Virus record (IMG/VR): IMGVR_UViG_3300043179_000050
Location: 1 to 48,205 of that record
DNA length: 48,205 nt
Direction: 5' to 3' (one strand)
Source: a virus
Taxonomy: Duplodnaviria > Caudoviricetes
This document shows positions 34,976 through 44,994 of this stretch, one piece after another; the first letter of the stretch is position 1; every line of letters begins with the position of its first letter. The notes under the pieces were generated by a model, which saw only the letters and a program-made list of their open reading frames with translations, had not been told where the DNA came from and made no database searches. The translations under genes and the position numbers were made by a program.

Positions 34976-35419
34976 CTACACCTGATTGGATACTATCCGC
35001 ACAAACAAGTCAGAGTAGTTGGTGATAGCGTCGGCTTCGGCGCCGCTCAGCGTGTAATCGTTTTGCGTGAAGCCGCTACCAACGTTGGTGTGAACGATTT
35101 GTTTGATCAGGGTTCCCTGGGACGCCTCGCTTACATAGCCCTGGCGAAGCTCGACCGTGATATCAACCTGACCACCGGCGGCGGCGTCTTTGCCGTATCG
35201 GTAGCGAAGAACGTGCCCTGTTGATACCAGCGGATCTACAACGTCGGATAGCCTTGCCACGTATACATCGGCCGTTGGCACAAGCGGAGAGCGAACATAG
35301 TCTGCGTCATCGAATGACGTTTCATCGATGGCCTGAAAGATGTCCACCCCGCTACCGGCTTGATTTGTGTAAGAATCCGGATTGTTGAAGTCGTTATCTG
35401 GTCTTGCGAATTGCGCCAT
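34976..35419 (-). CDS. virion structural protein
   Basis: 'MAQFARPD', 'IDE', 'LS..EADAITNYSDL' pattern; tail-fibre context. Confidence 0.55.
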   Translation of the reverse strand: MAQFARPDNDFNNPDSYTNQAGSGVDIFQAIDETSFDDADYVRSPLVPTADVYVARLSDVVDPLVSTGHVLRYRYGKDAAAGGQVDITVELRQGYVSEASQGTLIKQIVHTNVGSGFTQNDYTLSGAEADAITNYSDLFVRIVSNQV

Positions 35420-35582
35420 GCTTCACCCCTTTGATCCTTTTACGCGACCACCCATCGTACAGAGACCATTTGTGTAGAAAGCCTCTGAACGGAATCGCAA
35501 AGCCTGGATTCGGGTAGAGCCGAATGTAAAACAAGTCCCGCTCAAAAGCGATAACACGGTTGAATCGAGACAAGATACGCAT
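35394..35582 (-). CDS. small hypothetical protein
   Basis: Fills the gap; GGTGGG RBS. Confidence 0.35.
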   Translation of the reverse strand: MRILSRFNRVIAFERDLFYIRLYPNPGFAIPFRGFLHKWSLYDGWSRKRIKGVKHGAIRKTR

Positions 35583-35601
35583 CGCCCACCCCCAGCCAAT
35601 T

Positions 35602-35871
35602 TTATTTCAGCAGCCCCCACAGGGCCAGGCCGATCCCTATCAGGGTGACAATCGCCCCAGCGACCAGCTCGTGTGCCTTTGTCCGAGCCAGGGCAGCGCT
35701 GGCTCGACCGTTCGATGTCCGAACCTCGGAAACCAGGGAGGCGATGACCGAGTCCTGCCGCTCAAACATCCGGTTGATCTCCGCCCGATGTGAAGCGAGG
35801 TCTTCCCGGACGATCTCCACCAGTTCCTTGACCAGGTCGATCCGTGCCGTGTAATCTTTGTCTCCGGTCAT
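35602..35871 (-). CDS. coiled-coil protein with C-terminal transmembrane helix (holin/XhlA-like)
   Basis: GGAGG RBS; C-terminal LVAGAIVTLIGIGLALWGLL. Confidence 0.55.
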   Translation of the reverse strand: MTGDKDYTARIDLVKELVEIVREDLASHRAEINRMFERQDSVIASLVSEVRTSNGRASAALARTKAHELVAGAIVTLIGIGLALWGLLK

Positions 35872-35873
35872 GC

Positions 35874-38800
35874 CTACCTCCGCCCTCTGGCCCGCTCGAT
35901 TTCCTCGATGCGCCGGCGAGCGATCCGACCCCGGTACGCCTTCCTGGCGCCGCTTTTAAAGCTTCCCACCTCGAACGCCGGGAACGGGTACCCCCCGGGC
36001 CGGAGCTTGGTGATGGTGAAGGCTCTCCGGGTGGCCCCCACGAGCGCGCCCAGCGGCCCTTTAGCAACCGGCCGGCCAAACGCCTTGGCCCGGCCCTTGA
36101 AGCCCTGCTCTGTGCCCTGCGCGACCGCCTTCAGCTTAGACAAAGACGGGGCAATCTGCTCCACCCTCTGCTCCGCGAACACATCTTCCGCACGGCCGGC
36201 CAGATACTGCGGTAGACCAAGAGTGCCGGCATACGAAAGGTTTTGCAGCGTTCTGATAATCAGATTCGGGCTGCGAGTAGCAGACTGGACCCGGGTCGTG
36301 ATCTGATCGAACACTTGGTTCGTCGACTCCTCCGGACGCCCCATCAGGTCTTCTTTGGAAGGCAGCTCGATGCCCAGGCCGGACAAAAACGCCCTCACGT
36401 CGAGCAACATCTCCCCGGCCACCGTGCCGGCAATCATCATTCCCACCATAGGCTTCACTGCGCGCCCGAACCGTCCCCAGTCTCTCGCGCGCGCGGCCCG
36501 CACCGCGGTTTTGCCCAGCTCCACGTGAAGCCTCGACATCCCGTACATGAAGTGGCCGAACTGAAACATCGTCTTGCCTACTTCGCTACTCCAAAACGCC
36601 GGTAAATTCTCTGTCACGGCTCGAAGCTGGGTCGTGTCGGAAATGTACTTGCCTACCGCTAACAGGTCAGCGTCCGACAGCCGGCCCGAATACTTCCGGC
36701 CGGCAGCTCCCAGCAGCTCGGTCAAGGCCTCGGTGTTGCCCGCCTTTTGCAGGCTTTCGGCAAACAACTCGCCAGACCGCGCCGCAATAACTCGCCCAAG
36801 CTGGTCCACAGTTGGCGCCCCCCACATAAACCCCTTGATGCCACCCCCACCAACCGCTTCGGCCAACTCCGATCTTAGCGCCGGGATGGTTGCCCCGGCC
36901 TCAAGGGCGCGGTTGTAGAACCGCCTCGGGTCGGTCATCACATCTTTAATCGCCCGCAGAAAGTTCCTGGCGCCGGTGAACCCGGGAATTGTGTGCACCT
37001 GCGCCGCCTGTGCCAACGAAGACATCGTCAGAGACGCGAAGGCGGTCAGCTTCCGCACCCCGGTCAAAAACTGCGTGCCGCTATCCGGCGCGCGCTGCCC
37101 GGTAATCCGAGTTACGAATTCCAGGCCCAAATCCTCCGCGCCTTTGCCGTAGCGACCCATCTCCGCCGCGAGTTGGAAAGCATGAGCAAGCTGGTTTCCG
37201 ACCTTGAATTTGCCCTGTGCGTTCAAGGCGCCGAACGCCTCGATCTGCGCAAGCTGCTCGTAAGCGTCAAGCAAATACTCACGAATCACAGCCTTGTCCG
37301 TTCTCCATCCAGCCACGTTGTGAAGGTTACGACTCAGCTCCAGATTGGCCGACATCGCCCTAGAAGGCAACTCAAGCTGCCTGCCTGTACGCGGATCAAG
37401 AGCACCGGCCTTCGCCAGCGCTTCAGCCACTTCAGGCGGCATCCGCTCGAATATGTGCGGAAAATAATTTTTGATGTACCCAATGTCCCATCCGAGCTGG
37501 GCCGCTCTCTGGTGCACTTCGTCTAGAATTGACGCCAATTCCTGCACCACAAGCTTTAGTTTTTCTGGCACCTGGGCGCCAGTATCTAGGGCATGTACGA
37601 CCTGCCGCCACTCAAAATCGGAAAGAGGTTTAATAAGTCGGTCCGCCCGGGCAATCGCGCTGCCAGCCATTCTTTCAAAGGATTCACGGTACACAGTGGC
37701 TCTCCACGCCAACTCACGTCCAGCCTCGCCATACTTGGCCACGGCTCTGCCGAACGGCACAAGCACCCGCTCATATACCTTGGCAAGCGACTTCCCAACA
37801 ACTTTGGCCGCCTTCCACATAGCAGGAAGCGGTAGACCGCCGTACAGCTCGGTGTAACCTTCCGGCGTTTCCCCAAGTAAGCCCTGCGCCTTGGCCTTTT
37901 CAAACTCGCCCTTTTTGAATGCCCGAGAGGGAAGTCGTTCACCCTTTTGGACATCTTCCGCCGACAGTTTTTCCGGACCTTTCGTTTCTGCGGCAACAAC
38001 CCTGGCTGCCGTCTGTGGAGTTATCGGGCGCCGTGCACGCTCAATAAACTTGTCCAGGTTTCTCGTTTTGACCTCGATCATGGCCTTGCCAAGCCTAAAC
38101 CGGGTCCATTCGGGAACGTCATCCTTCCAGAGAACCAGGCCCGACGAATCCTTCATCGGGTTGCCAGCCTCGTCGAGAAGAGCGTACTTTCTCACCTCCT
38201 GCTCGGCGCGCTCCGCAAGGTTGTTCAGCATTTCTTTCTCGGTTTTACCGTCGACCTCGATCACAGGAAACACTTCTCGCTCGGCCCTGGCCGCCGCAGT
38301 CTTTTCAGCCTCGGCGGCCGCTTTGGCGGACGCTTCAACCTTGACAGCCTCTTCGGCGCGAATCTCCTGGTCGAGCACCTCTTCCAGCTTGCGTAGCCGC
38401 TCAACCGGCGCCGCAGAAAACTCGCCTCGTCTGGCCAGCCTTGCAGATTCATCTGCAATGAAACTCCGCAACCCGGCCTGCTCCGCTCGTTCGTAAAGCG
38501 CATCCTCGCGTTTCCGCAGCGCCTCTGAAACACGGGCTTTGATCTCAGGGCTCGTCTTGGCGAACGTCCGCAAGATGCCGGCGGCATTTTCGACAATAGG
38601 CTTGCTCTGCGGGAACCAGCGCCCATCCTGAGTTTGAGCCCCGTACTCAAACTCGATCTCTCCAGACTCCTTCAGCACCCTAATTATCCGCACCTCAGTG
38701 TCTCCGCGGACCGAGCGCAGTACATCCCCCTCGGCCACCCGCCGACTGGCGATAAGAGACCGGCCTTCACGGGCCATGGCCTCTTCAAGCCGGGCCTCTG

Positions 38801-40604
38801 CCTCTGCAAGCCTGGGCGCGGCCTCTCTGGCTGCCCGCCGTGCTTCGGTGTACTGCTTCAGGACATTGCGCACCGATTGAGGAACGTAATTTGGCTCCAC
38901 CCCGGCTTCAACATCGGCAAGCAGCCGCCTTCGCAGTTCTGCCGCCTGGTGTTTTCGCTCGGTTGTCCATTTCGCCACTCTGGCCCCGTGTCCTCTCGGG
39001 TTCTTAGCCTTGACATGGGCGAGAATGGCGTCTTCCAGGTCTCGCTGCAGCAATTCGAGCTGGCGGCCATAATACCGCTCGGTATCAACTTCTCGCTGAG
39101 CCGCCTGCACCGCCTCTCTATCACTTTTTCGTCGGACTAATGCTTCCGCTTCCGCCTCCGCTTTCATCTCAGAAACCTCCGGCCTTTCCGGTCGGGCGGA
39201 TTGGTCCGGCGCCGAGGGGTCGAACCTCGCTTCCCCGGTTATCGGCCGGGCGCCCACTACCGGCTGGCTCGCGCCGGGCTCTTCGGTGTCCACCCTGCCA
39301 AGATCGTATACGTCGGCCTCAATATCAACCTCTCGCGCCCCGCGGGTAAGCTCGTCCGGAAGAACCAGGTCGCTGCCGGTTCCGGAACCAAGCCTGCGAG
39401 CCTCCGCCTGGGCCGCGGCCACCGCCTCTTCCGGGATTTCAACCGCCTTCACCCGCCCGAAAGAAGCTGCTCGCTTCGGGTCGGTCGTCCACCACCTCGG
39501 ATCGGCGCCAGCCCCGCCCGCGGCGCCCTCACCCTGGTAGACGGTCACGGTGCGCGCAGCGGCCGGCGGCGCTTCGGGCTCGGCTCCAGGACCAAGCATG
39601 TACGGGCGCCCACGCGCCGCCTCTGCGGCCTGTTCTGCCGCAAACCCCTCCTCGATATTCTTCCAGTAGCGCAGCGTCTCTTCCGCAGCCATTCTGCGTG
39701 CTACATTCTCCTGCGCCCGGGCGATAGCAGCCTCGTCCATCGCCTGAAAGTCGGCAACGTGATCTACGGGCCCTACGGGCTCGGCCGCACGCGGCGGGGT
39801 GTACAGCGGATCCTGCGGCTCAATTCCGGCCCGCGGGCGCCGCAGCTTCCCGATACCGGTCAAAGCAGGGAGCGCCGCCCCAAGCCCGGCCGCAAGGCCA
39901 GCTTCAGTCAGCGCCTCGGTCGCCCCATGTTCCTGCGCCGTGGCCGCGACGTGCGGCGCCGAGAACATGAGGTTCTCTCCGGCCCCAAGCGCCATCCGGG
40001 CGCCGAGTCCGGTGCCTCTGCCGGCCATGCTGGCAAGACCCAGCGGGCCAAACCCGGCCGCCATGCCCAGGATTTCCGCGAGGTTCTCCTTGGTCCAGAA
40101 CCCTTCTGGCGGCTCCCGATAGAACGGATCTCTCTCACGGTCGGCCTGAAGAAGCGCCTGGAACTCAGGCTCTTCCAGCCTGCGCCCAAGCGCCTTCGTG
40201 GCCAGGTTCCAGAGCTGCCGCTCCCTGTTTTTCTGAAGAATCTCCGCCGTTTCGGGAATAGCTGTCGCTGCGGCCTTGCCGGCCCTTACCGCAAGCTCTG
40301 CAACAGTGGCCGCCTCGCTTTTGCCAGGAATCGGATACCCGGCCTCGATCTCTGGCGGCTGTGGCACTCGCGGCGCCGTGGGGGCGTATCTTGGGAGAGT
40401 CGGCGCGGGGGCACCCACGCGAGCAAGCGCCTCGTCTGGCGTGGTCGAAACGATGAACCTGCCTCCTGGGCCAAGCTCAGCTTCCAGGGCCTCCCAATCG
40501 AATCCTGGCTTTTTCTTGGCACCCAACAGGTTATCAAACTGGCTCCAATCAAACCTGGAGCCCCCAAGAAGCTCATCAAACTGGCTCCACCCTCCCCAGG
40601 CCAT
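35874..40604 (-). CDS. giant internal virion / DNA-ejection polyvalent protein
   Basis: 1576 aa, Ala/Glu/Arg-rich, 'NYFPH' and 'FQF..F' motifs of large podovirus ejection proteins; last of the internal-protein cluster. Confidence 0.75.
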   Translation of the reverse strand: MAWGGWSQFDELLGGSRFDWSQFDNLLGAKKKPGFDWEALEAELGPGGRFIVSTTPDEALARVGAPAPTLPRYAPTAPRVPQPPEIEAGYPIPGKSEAATVAELAVRAGKAAATAIPETAEILQKNRERQLWNLATKALGRRLEEPEFQALLQADRERDPFYREPPEGFWTKENLAEILGMAAGFGPLGLASMAGRGTGLGARMALGAGENLMFSAPHVAATAQEHGATEALTEAGLAAGLGAALPALTGIGKLRRPRAGIEPQDPLYTPPRAAEPVGPVDHVADFQAMDEAAIARAQENVARRMAAEETLRYWKNIEEGFAAEQAAEAARGRPYMLGPGAEPEAPPAAARTVTVYQGEGAAGGAGADPRWWTTDPKRAASFGRVKAVEIPEEAVAAAQAEARRLGSGTGSDLVLPDELTRGAREVDIEADVYDLGRVDTEEPGASQPVVGARPITGEARFDPSAPDQSARPERPEVSEMKAEAEAEALVRRKSDREAVQAAQREVDTERYYGRQLELLQRDLEDAILAHVKAKNPRGHGARVAKWTTERKHQAAELRRRLLADVEAGVEPNYVPQSVRNVLKQYTEARRAAREAAPRLAEAEARLEEAMAREGRSLIASRRVAEGDVLRSVRGDTEVRIIRVLKESGEIEFEYGAQTQDGRWFPQSKPIVENAAGILRTFAKTSPEIKARVSEALRKREDALYERAEQAGLRSFIADESARLARRGEFSAAPVERLRKLEEVLDQEIRAEEAVKVEASAKAAAEAEKTAAARAEREVFPVIEVDGKTEKEMLNNLAERAEQEVRKYALLDEAGNPMKDSSGLVLWKDDVPEWTRFRLGKAMIEVKTRNLDKFIERARRPITPQTAARVVAAETKGPEKLSAEDVQKGERLPSRAFKKGEFEKAKAQGLLGETPEGYTELYGGLPLPAMWKAAKVVGKSLAKVYERVLVPFGRAVAKYGEAGRELAWRATVYRESFERMAGSAIARADRLIKPLSDFEWRQVVHALDTGAQVPEKLKLVVQELASILDEVHQRAAQLGWDIGYIKNYFPHIFERMPPEVAEALAKAGALDPRTGRQLELPSRAMSANLELSRNLHNVAGWRTDKAVIREYLLDAYEQLAQIEAFGALNAQGKFKVGNQLAHAFQLAAEMGRYGKGAEDLGLEFVTRITGQRAPDSGTQFLTGVRKLTAFASLTMSSLAQAAQVHTIPGFTGARNFLRAIKDVMTDPRRFYNRALEAGATIPALRSELAEAVGGGGIKGFMWGAPTVDQLGRVIAARSGELFAESLQKAGNTEALTELLGAAGRKYSGRLSDADLLAVGKYISDTTQLRAVTENLPAFWSSEVGKTMFQFGHFMYGMSRLHVELGKTAVRAARARDWGRFGRAVKPMVGMMIAGTVAGEMLLDVRAFLSGLGIELPSKEDLMGRPEESTNQVFDQITTRVQSATRSPNLIIRTLQNLSYAGTLGLPQYLAGRAEDVFAEQRVEQIAPSLSKLKAVAQGTEQGFKGRAKAFGRPVAKGPLGALVGATRRAFTITKLRPGGYPFPAFEVGSFKSGARKAYRGRIARRRIEEIERARGRR

Positions 40605-41698
40605 TACCGTTTCCCCATCATCCGCCGCATCCGGGCAATCTCTTCCTCGGTAGGCCGCTCCCCGCGAGCACGCTTGGCCCGCATCTGCTCAAGAAACTTC
40701 TGGTCCTGAACCGCCTCCCTGCCCGTGTCAGGTTGCTTGAGGTTGACCGGCTTGGCAACAACAGCCTTTTGCAACTGGAGAGGCCGAGCGCTCGACTGGC
40801 GCTCCCTCTTCTTCTCGGCAGCAATTTGCATCGACACTGCATTCTCGGCCCGCAGGCGGATATCGGGAGGCACGTCTTCCAGCTTCCCGTACGCGGCAAA
40901 CTCCTGCCCCTCCTCACCCACAACCGGCCCGGCGATTTCGTTCGCGTATGCCAGTACGCGGTCTCGGTAAACCGTGCGTTCAAAACTCTTGTCCGCAGCG
41001 GTAGGCCCTCTGTCCCTGGCCGGCACGAAGCCACGCATGATGAAAGCCTCCGCTTCGGCATCGGACTTGAATTCGCCAGCGGCACGCATGGCCTCGGCTA
41101 CGGCCCGCCGCCTTCTGAGCGCGGATTGCTCCTCTACACCCTTGGCAATCTCCTGGACCGTCCTCTGCTGCCGAAGCCGTTCCCCACGGGCCTTCTCCGG
41201 CTGCGCCTGAATCTCGCCTTCCCGGTATCGCCGCAGGGCATCCGAAGCTTCAATATCGGCCGCGCTCTCGCGCTCCCTTCGACCAAACTCCCGAACCTTC
41301 AACAGACGCTCAAAACGGCCCTTCTCAGCCTCTTCGGCTACACCCATTTCGGCGAGGATCTCCGCCCTGGTTTTGCTCGGCGTATGCGGCTCGTCCGGCG
41401 AAAAGTCGTACCGGCGCACCTCCCTACCGTCTTCAAAGGTGGTACTGAATGGCGCTGTTTTGTCCGTAGCGCGCATCCCTGTTCGGGCAAAGTCAGCCGC
41501 CTCGGTAAGCTCGGCTTCGCGGCGCTTGGCCTGCAATGAGAGCATGCGCTCCGCAGCGGCGGCGTTCTGCTCCCGAATGACGGCCTCCCAGTTAGGGCCG
41601 TACCTGTTGTAGGCATCCCATTCGCGCTGGTTCTCCCCAACCCACTTGGCGTACGAACCAAGCGCGTTGTAGATCATCCTGAATGGGTTCTTGCTCAT
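40604..41698 (-). CDS. internal virion protein
   Basis: Helical charged 364 aa, coupled to the giant ORF. Confidence 0.6.
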   Translation of the reverse strand: MSKNPFRMIYNALGSYAKWVGENQREWDAYNRYGPNWEAVIREQNAAAAERMLSLQAKRREAELTEAADFARTGMRATDKTAPFSTTFEDGREVRRYDFSPDEPHTPSKTRAEILAEMGVAEEAEKGRFERLLKVREFGRRERESAADIEASDALRRYREGEIQAQPEKARGERLRQQRTVQEIAKGVEEQSALRRRRAVAEAMRAAGEFKSDAEAEAFIMRGFVPARDRGPTAADKSFERTVYRDRVLAYANEIAGPVVGEEGQEFAAYGKLEDVPPDIRLRAENAVSMQIAAEKKRERQSSARPLQLQKAVVAKPVNLKQPDTGREAVQDQKFLEQMRAKRARGERPTEEEIARMRRMMGKR

Positions 41699-41707
41699 GA
41701 GTCTTAC

Positions 41708-42187
41708 CTAACCACGGGCGGGTGCCCCACTCGGTTTGCCAAACAAAGCGGCTCCACCACCACCAGCAAAATAGCTGCCAACCGATTCTGCAATCGAGCC
41801 AAAGTAGCCTGGGCCGCGGGGGACATCAAACTGAAACCGCCCTGGGCCAGTAACTCCAAACTGGCCAGACCGCAGATTTGCCCTGGCCGTAGGCATAAAG
41901 TCCGGCGCGTTGTAGCCAGGAATGCTGGCATTTTTGAGTCGGGAAAGAAATTCGTCCCCAAACATGTTGTCAAGGCCCCACGCCTTGACAATACCAGCAA
42001 ACATTTGCTGCCTGGCAGCCGTCCCAAACGGAGCCAGCGGAGCAAACTGCTTTTGCTTCATCAGATCCATCAGATACTGGTTGTTCAACATCGCCACAGT
42101 ATCTTTGCCGGCCTCTCGACCAGCACGAGCCCGGCCAATGCCCTGGAATACGGCCCCAATTGGTCCAGCCGCTGCCATTGCGCCCAT
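41708..42187 (-). CDS. internal virion (ejection) protein
   Basis: Gly/Ala-rich hydrophobic termini, as in gp14/gp7-like ejection proteins. Confidence 0.55.
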   Translation of the reverse strand: MGAMAAAGPIGAVFQGIGRARAGREAGKDTVAMLNNQYLMDLMKQKQFAPLAPFGTAARQQMFAGIVKAWGLDNMFGDEFLSRLKNASIPGYNAPDFMPTARANLRSGQFGVTGPGRFQFDVPRGPGYFGSIAESVGSYFAGGGGAALFGKPSGAPARG

Positions 42188-42191
42188 ATCA

Positions 42192-43268
42192 CTACCCTCC
42201 CATCAGGCCGTTGACACCTTGCGTGTAGAGCCACTTCATGTTCGCATCGGCCCGGTCTTGCTCATAAGCGTACTTCTGGAACTCGAACTGCTCTCGGGCG
42301 AGACTAACTCCAGCCCTAGCTGCTCCCGCCTGCATCGCCGCAATTTCCTTACTGGCTGCGATTTGAGCATAGCCGAGCGAAAGCTGCGCAGCGGTCGCCT
42401 CACGCTGAGCGGCAATTTGTTCTTTACCAAGCTCATATTGGCGCCGCGAATCCAGCCACTTCTGCGCCATGTCGAGCGCCTTCATTTTGTCGTTGAACTC
42501 CGCTTCCGCCCGTGCCAGCCTGATTTTCTGCTCGCCGTCTGATATCTGTTTCTCTATTTCGAGATCAATTTCTCTGTATCGTTTGAGCGCGATGTCGCTC
42601 CGATAGATACCGCGCTGGACAGCATCCCGGTCGGCCTGGGCACGAAGCCCAGCCGCCTTGGCCCGGCCCTCGCTCCTGAGTTGCTGGAGCAGAATGTCTT
42701 CCTTTTTCTGCGTAAAGCTCCCATACTCGCCGCTCAGAATCCCCCTAAACTGCTTCTCAATGAGGGCCTCAACACTGTCCCCGCCAGCGCCGCCGGCCCC
42801 GTAAGCAGTGGGCTGGCCGCCGAACCCACCACCTGCGCCGCCGCCACCACCGCCTCCGGTTGGGCTGGGTGGCCCCACATCGCCGCCAGGCCCTTCCCTG
42901 ATGCTGCCCCGTCGCTGCCAGGTGGCGTAAGCCTCGTCCAGGCCCATCCGACCCTGCTCAACCTGAATCTGCAAGTCCCGGGTCATCTCCCGAAACCGGG
43001 GATCGTCCTGAAGCTTGCCGGCTGGCGCCCCTTCGCCACCAGGAACAGGAGCAGGCACCGGTCCCCTGTCCGGCCCGTCTCTGCCGCCAGGACGGCCTCT
43101 GTCTTCTCGGCCCTCGCGGTCAGAAGCTGGTGCCTCTCGGGAACCGCCCTGCGCAGTCGTGGCAGGCGGGGGCCCCACAGGGCCAGCGTCTACCGGGGCG
43201 TCGGTCGTACCTCCGGTTACGCCACCGCGCTGGACCGCGGCCTCGAAGTCCCCTCGGGTTCTTGGCAT
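42192..43268 (-). CDS. internal virion (ejection) protein
   Basis: Gly-rich N-half, 'QRGIYRS' motif and long coiled coil. Confidence 0.6.
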   Translation of the reverse strand: MPRTRGDFEAAVQRGGVTGGTTDAPVDAGPVGPPPATTAQGGSREAPASDREGREDRGRPGGRDGPDRGPVPAPVPGGEGAPAGKLQDDPRFREMTRDLQIQVEQGRMGLDEAYATWQRRGSIREGPGGDVGPPSPTGGGGGGGAGGGFGGQPTAYGAGGAGGDSVEALIEKQFRGILSGEYGSFTQKKEDILLQQLRSEGRAKAAGLRAQADRDAVQRGIYRSDIALKRYREIDLEIEKQISDGEQKIRLARAEAEFNDKMKALDMAQKWLDSRRQYELGKEQIAAQREATAAQLSLGYAQIAASKEIAAMQAGAARAGVSLAREQFEFQKYAYEQDRADANMKWLYTQGVNGLMGG

Positions 43269-43277
43269 GACTGCACC

Positions 43278-43970
43278 TTACTCGCCCGGTTCCGCGATTC
43301 CGAACCGCCCGGTGAATGGGTTAAAAAACATGGAACCGGCCTCTACGGTAGGCTGCGGCGCGTTCGGATCATCTTTACCCGGGTAGAAACCGAACTTCTC
43401 CCGAACGACTTTGGCCTCAAAGTGCCGCTTCGCCGCGTACAGCTCGGGGCTCAGAGACAGCACCTTAACGCTTCCGTCGGCGCCCCGTCGCACGGTCCCT
43501 GAAGGCGTGTTGTAGATGCCCGGGGCCACGCGCTCCATCTCGTCGGCATGCAGATCCCTTACCATCGTCACCTCGGGTAGCTGCGGCTCCGCCACGAGCC
43601 CTGGCACGCCACCCGCCGCCGGTGCCGGCGCCCGCGCCCGCGCTTCTCTGGCCTCAGGCTTCGCCTCCTGTAACCCGGGCGCAGCCTGCGGCGCTTCTTC
43701 GGTCGGCGGCGTCCCCGGTTTCAGCTCGGGTTCCCTGGAGTCCCCTGCGGCCAAGCCAGCACGGCTGGGCGCCGGCGCAGGAGCACCAAGCGGCGTCATC
43801 GCCTGCCCAGTCGGCCCCGGTGCGGCAGCGCTCGGCGCCACAACGGTCAACGCGCCGGGCGGGCGCCCGCCAGCTCCAGCCTGAACCGGATCTTTCTGCT
43901 TGGGTTCAATGGGCAAGCCCTGCGCCCTCACAGGCCTGGGCGGCCCGATCAAATCGTCTCGCTCGGCCAT
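43278..43970 (-). CDS. Pro/Ala-rich hypothetical virion protein
   Basis: Tightly packed in the operon; low complexity. Confidence 0.55.
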   Translation of the reverse strand: MAERDDLIGPPRPVRAQGLPIEPKQKDPVQAGAGGRPPGALTVVAPSAAAPGPTGQAMTPLGAPAPAPSRAGLAAGDSREPELKPGTPPTEEAPQAAPGLQEAKPEAREARARAPAPAAGGVPGLVAEPQLPEVTMVRDLHADEMERVAPGIYNTPSGTVRRGADGSVKVLSLSPELYAAKRHFEAKVVREKFGFYPGKDDPNAPQPTVEAGSMFFNPFTGRFGIAEPGE

Positions 43971-43973
43971 GTG

Positions 43974-44570
43974 TTATCCCTTTGACAGATACGCAGCTAC
44001 TCGGCGCGCCATTTCATCCTCTGAGCTCGGCTGCCCCCCAAGCTGACCAAATCCAGAGCCGGTAGCCCCTACCGACCCTGTACCCACGTCTCCGGCCACA
44101 AGCGGCGCCGCGCCGGCCACCGACAGCCCGGGCGCCAGAATCCGGCTCTGGTCCTGGCCAGGCTCAAACTGCAAAATTTGGCCGGTCCTCGGGTTGATCC
44201 TGCCGAACCTGGCCCGAACCGGTTCCGGAGGCCCAACCTGAGCCATCCTGCCGCTGGCCGGGTCGATCTGGCGCGCCCTGCCCTCGCCGGGCCGACTAAA
44301 TGTTCCGGCCACAGGCGTTTGCGGCCCCTCAGCAACAATGTTTGGCAGGCCCGCGGTCGGCGAACTGACCGAGGGCGGCTCATTGACCGCCCCGGCCGCC
44401 GCCGACGGCGAGGTGGGCGCCCGGCTCGGATCAGGAGTTGGCGCAGCCAATACCGGCTCCGTAGGGGCGCCACCTGGCTCCGGAACAGGCGGCAACGGCG
44501 GCGCGGTTGGCTCCGGAATCCTTTCTCTTGGCTCTCGCTTGAAGACCTCTCCACCACGCTTTTCCGCCAT
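43974..44570 (-). CDS. Pro/Gly-rich hypothetical virion protein
   Basis: GGGGTGAG RBS; low complexity. Confidence 0.55.
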   Translation of the reverse strand: MAEKRGGEVFKREPRERIPEPTAPPLPPVPEPGGAPTEPVLAAPTPDPSRAPTSPSAAAGAVNEPPSVSSPTAGLPNIVAEGPQTPVAGTFSRPGEGRARQIDPASGRMAQVGPPEPVRARFGRINPRTGQILQFEPGQDQSRILAPGLSVAGAAPLVAGDVGTGSVGATGSGFGQLGGQPSSEDEMARRVAAYLSKG

Positions 44571-44579
44571 GACTCACCC

Positions 44580-44993
44580 CTATTCCAACCGCATCCTGAA
44601 GATCGCTGATGCGACGTTGCATTTAGCGAAGATGACATCCTTGTTCCAGGATCCCACATCCGCTGTGTAAATTATACACGCTCGGTCCACGAAATACTTC
44701 CAGAAAACCGGGGTGCGCCCGAGCCCGTGATAGATCGGGAAAACCGTATCCGGCACAGATGGCGTCTCCCCTTCGACCCACTGCTCGTCATAGTTACCGG
44801 CCTGCGTTGCATGCTCCCCAGTTCCTGAGGTGAGCCGGCCGTTGATCTTGCTGGCCACGTCCTGCAGCCAGCCGTTCAACTGTTGAATGAGGCCCAGCGT
44901 GATCTCGCCCTGTTTGCCAAGCACAAGCTGGGGCGGCTGCCCCATCATCCCTACGCCATTAAGAATTCTCGGCCTCTTGGTTGTGACTGCCAT
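44580..44993 (-). CDS. small tail-associated protein
   Basis: 'I.HGLGRTP' (H.LG..P fibre-like motif); typical post-nozzle position. Confidence 0.6.
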   Translation of the reverse strand: MAVTTKRPRILNGVGMMGQPPQLVLGKQGEITLGLIQQLNGWLQDVASKINGRLTSGTGEHATQAGNYDEQWVEGETPSVPDTVFPIYHGLGRTPVFWKYFVDRACIIYTADVGSWNKDVIFAKCNVASAIFRMRLE

Positions 44994-44994
44994 G

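Noticed and set aside
39201-40709. 502-aa plus-strand ORF
   Set aside because: Antisense shadow of the giant ejection protein; no promoter or RBS support
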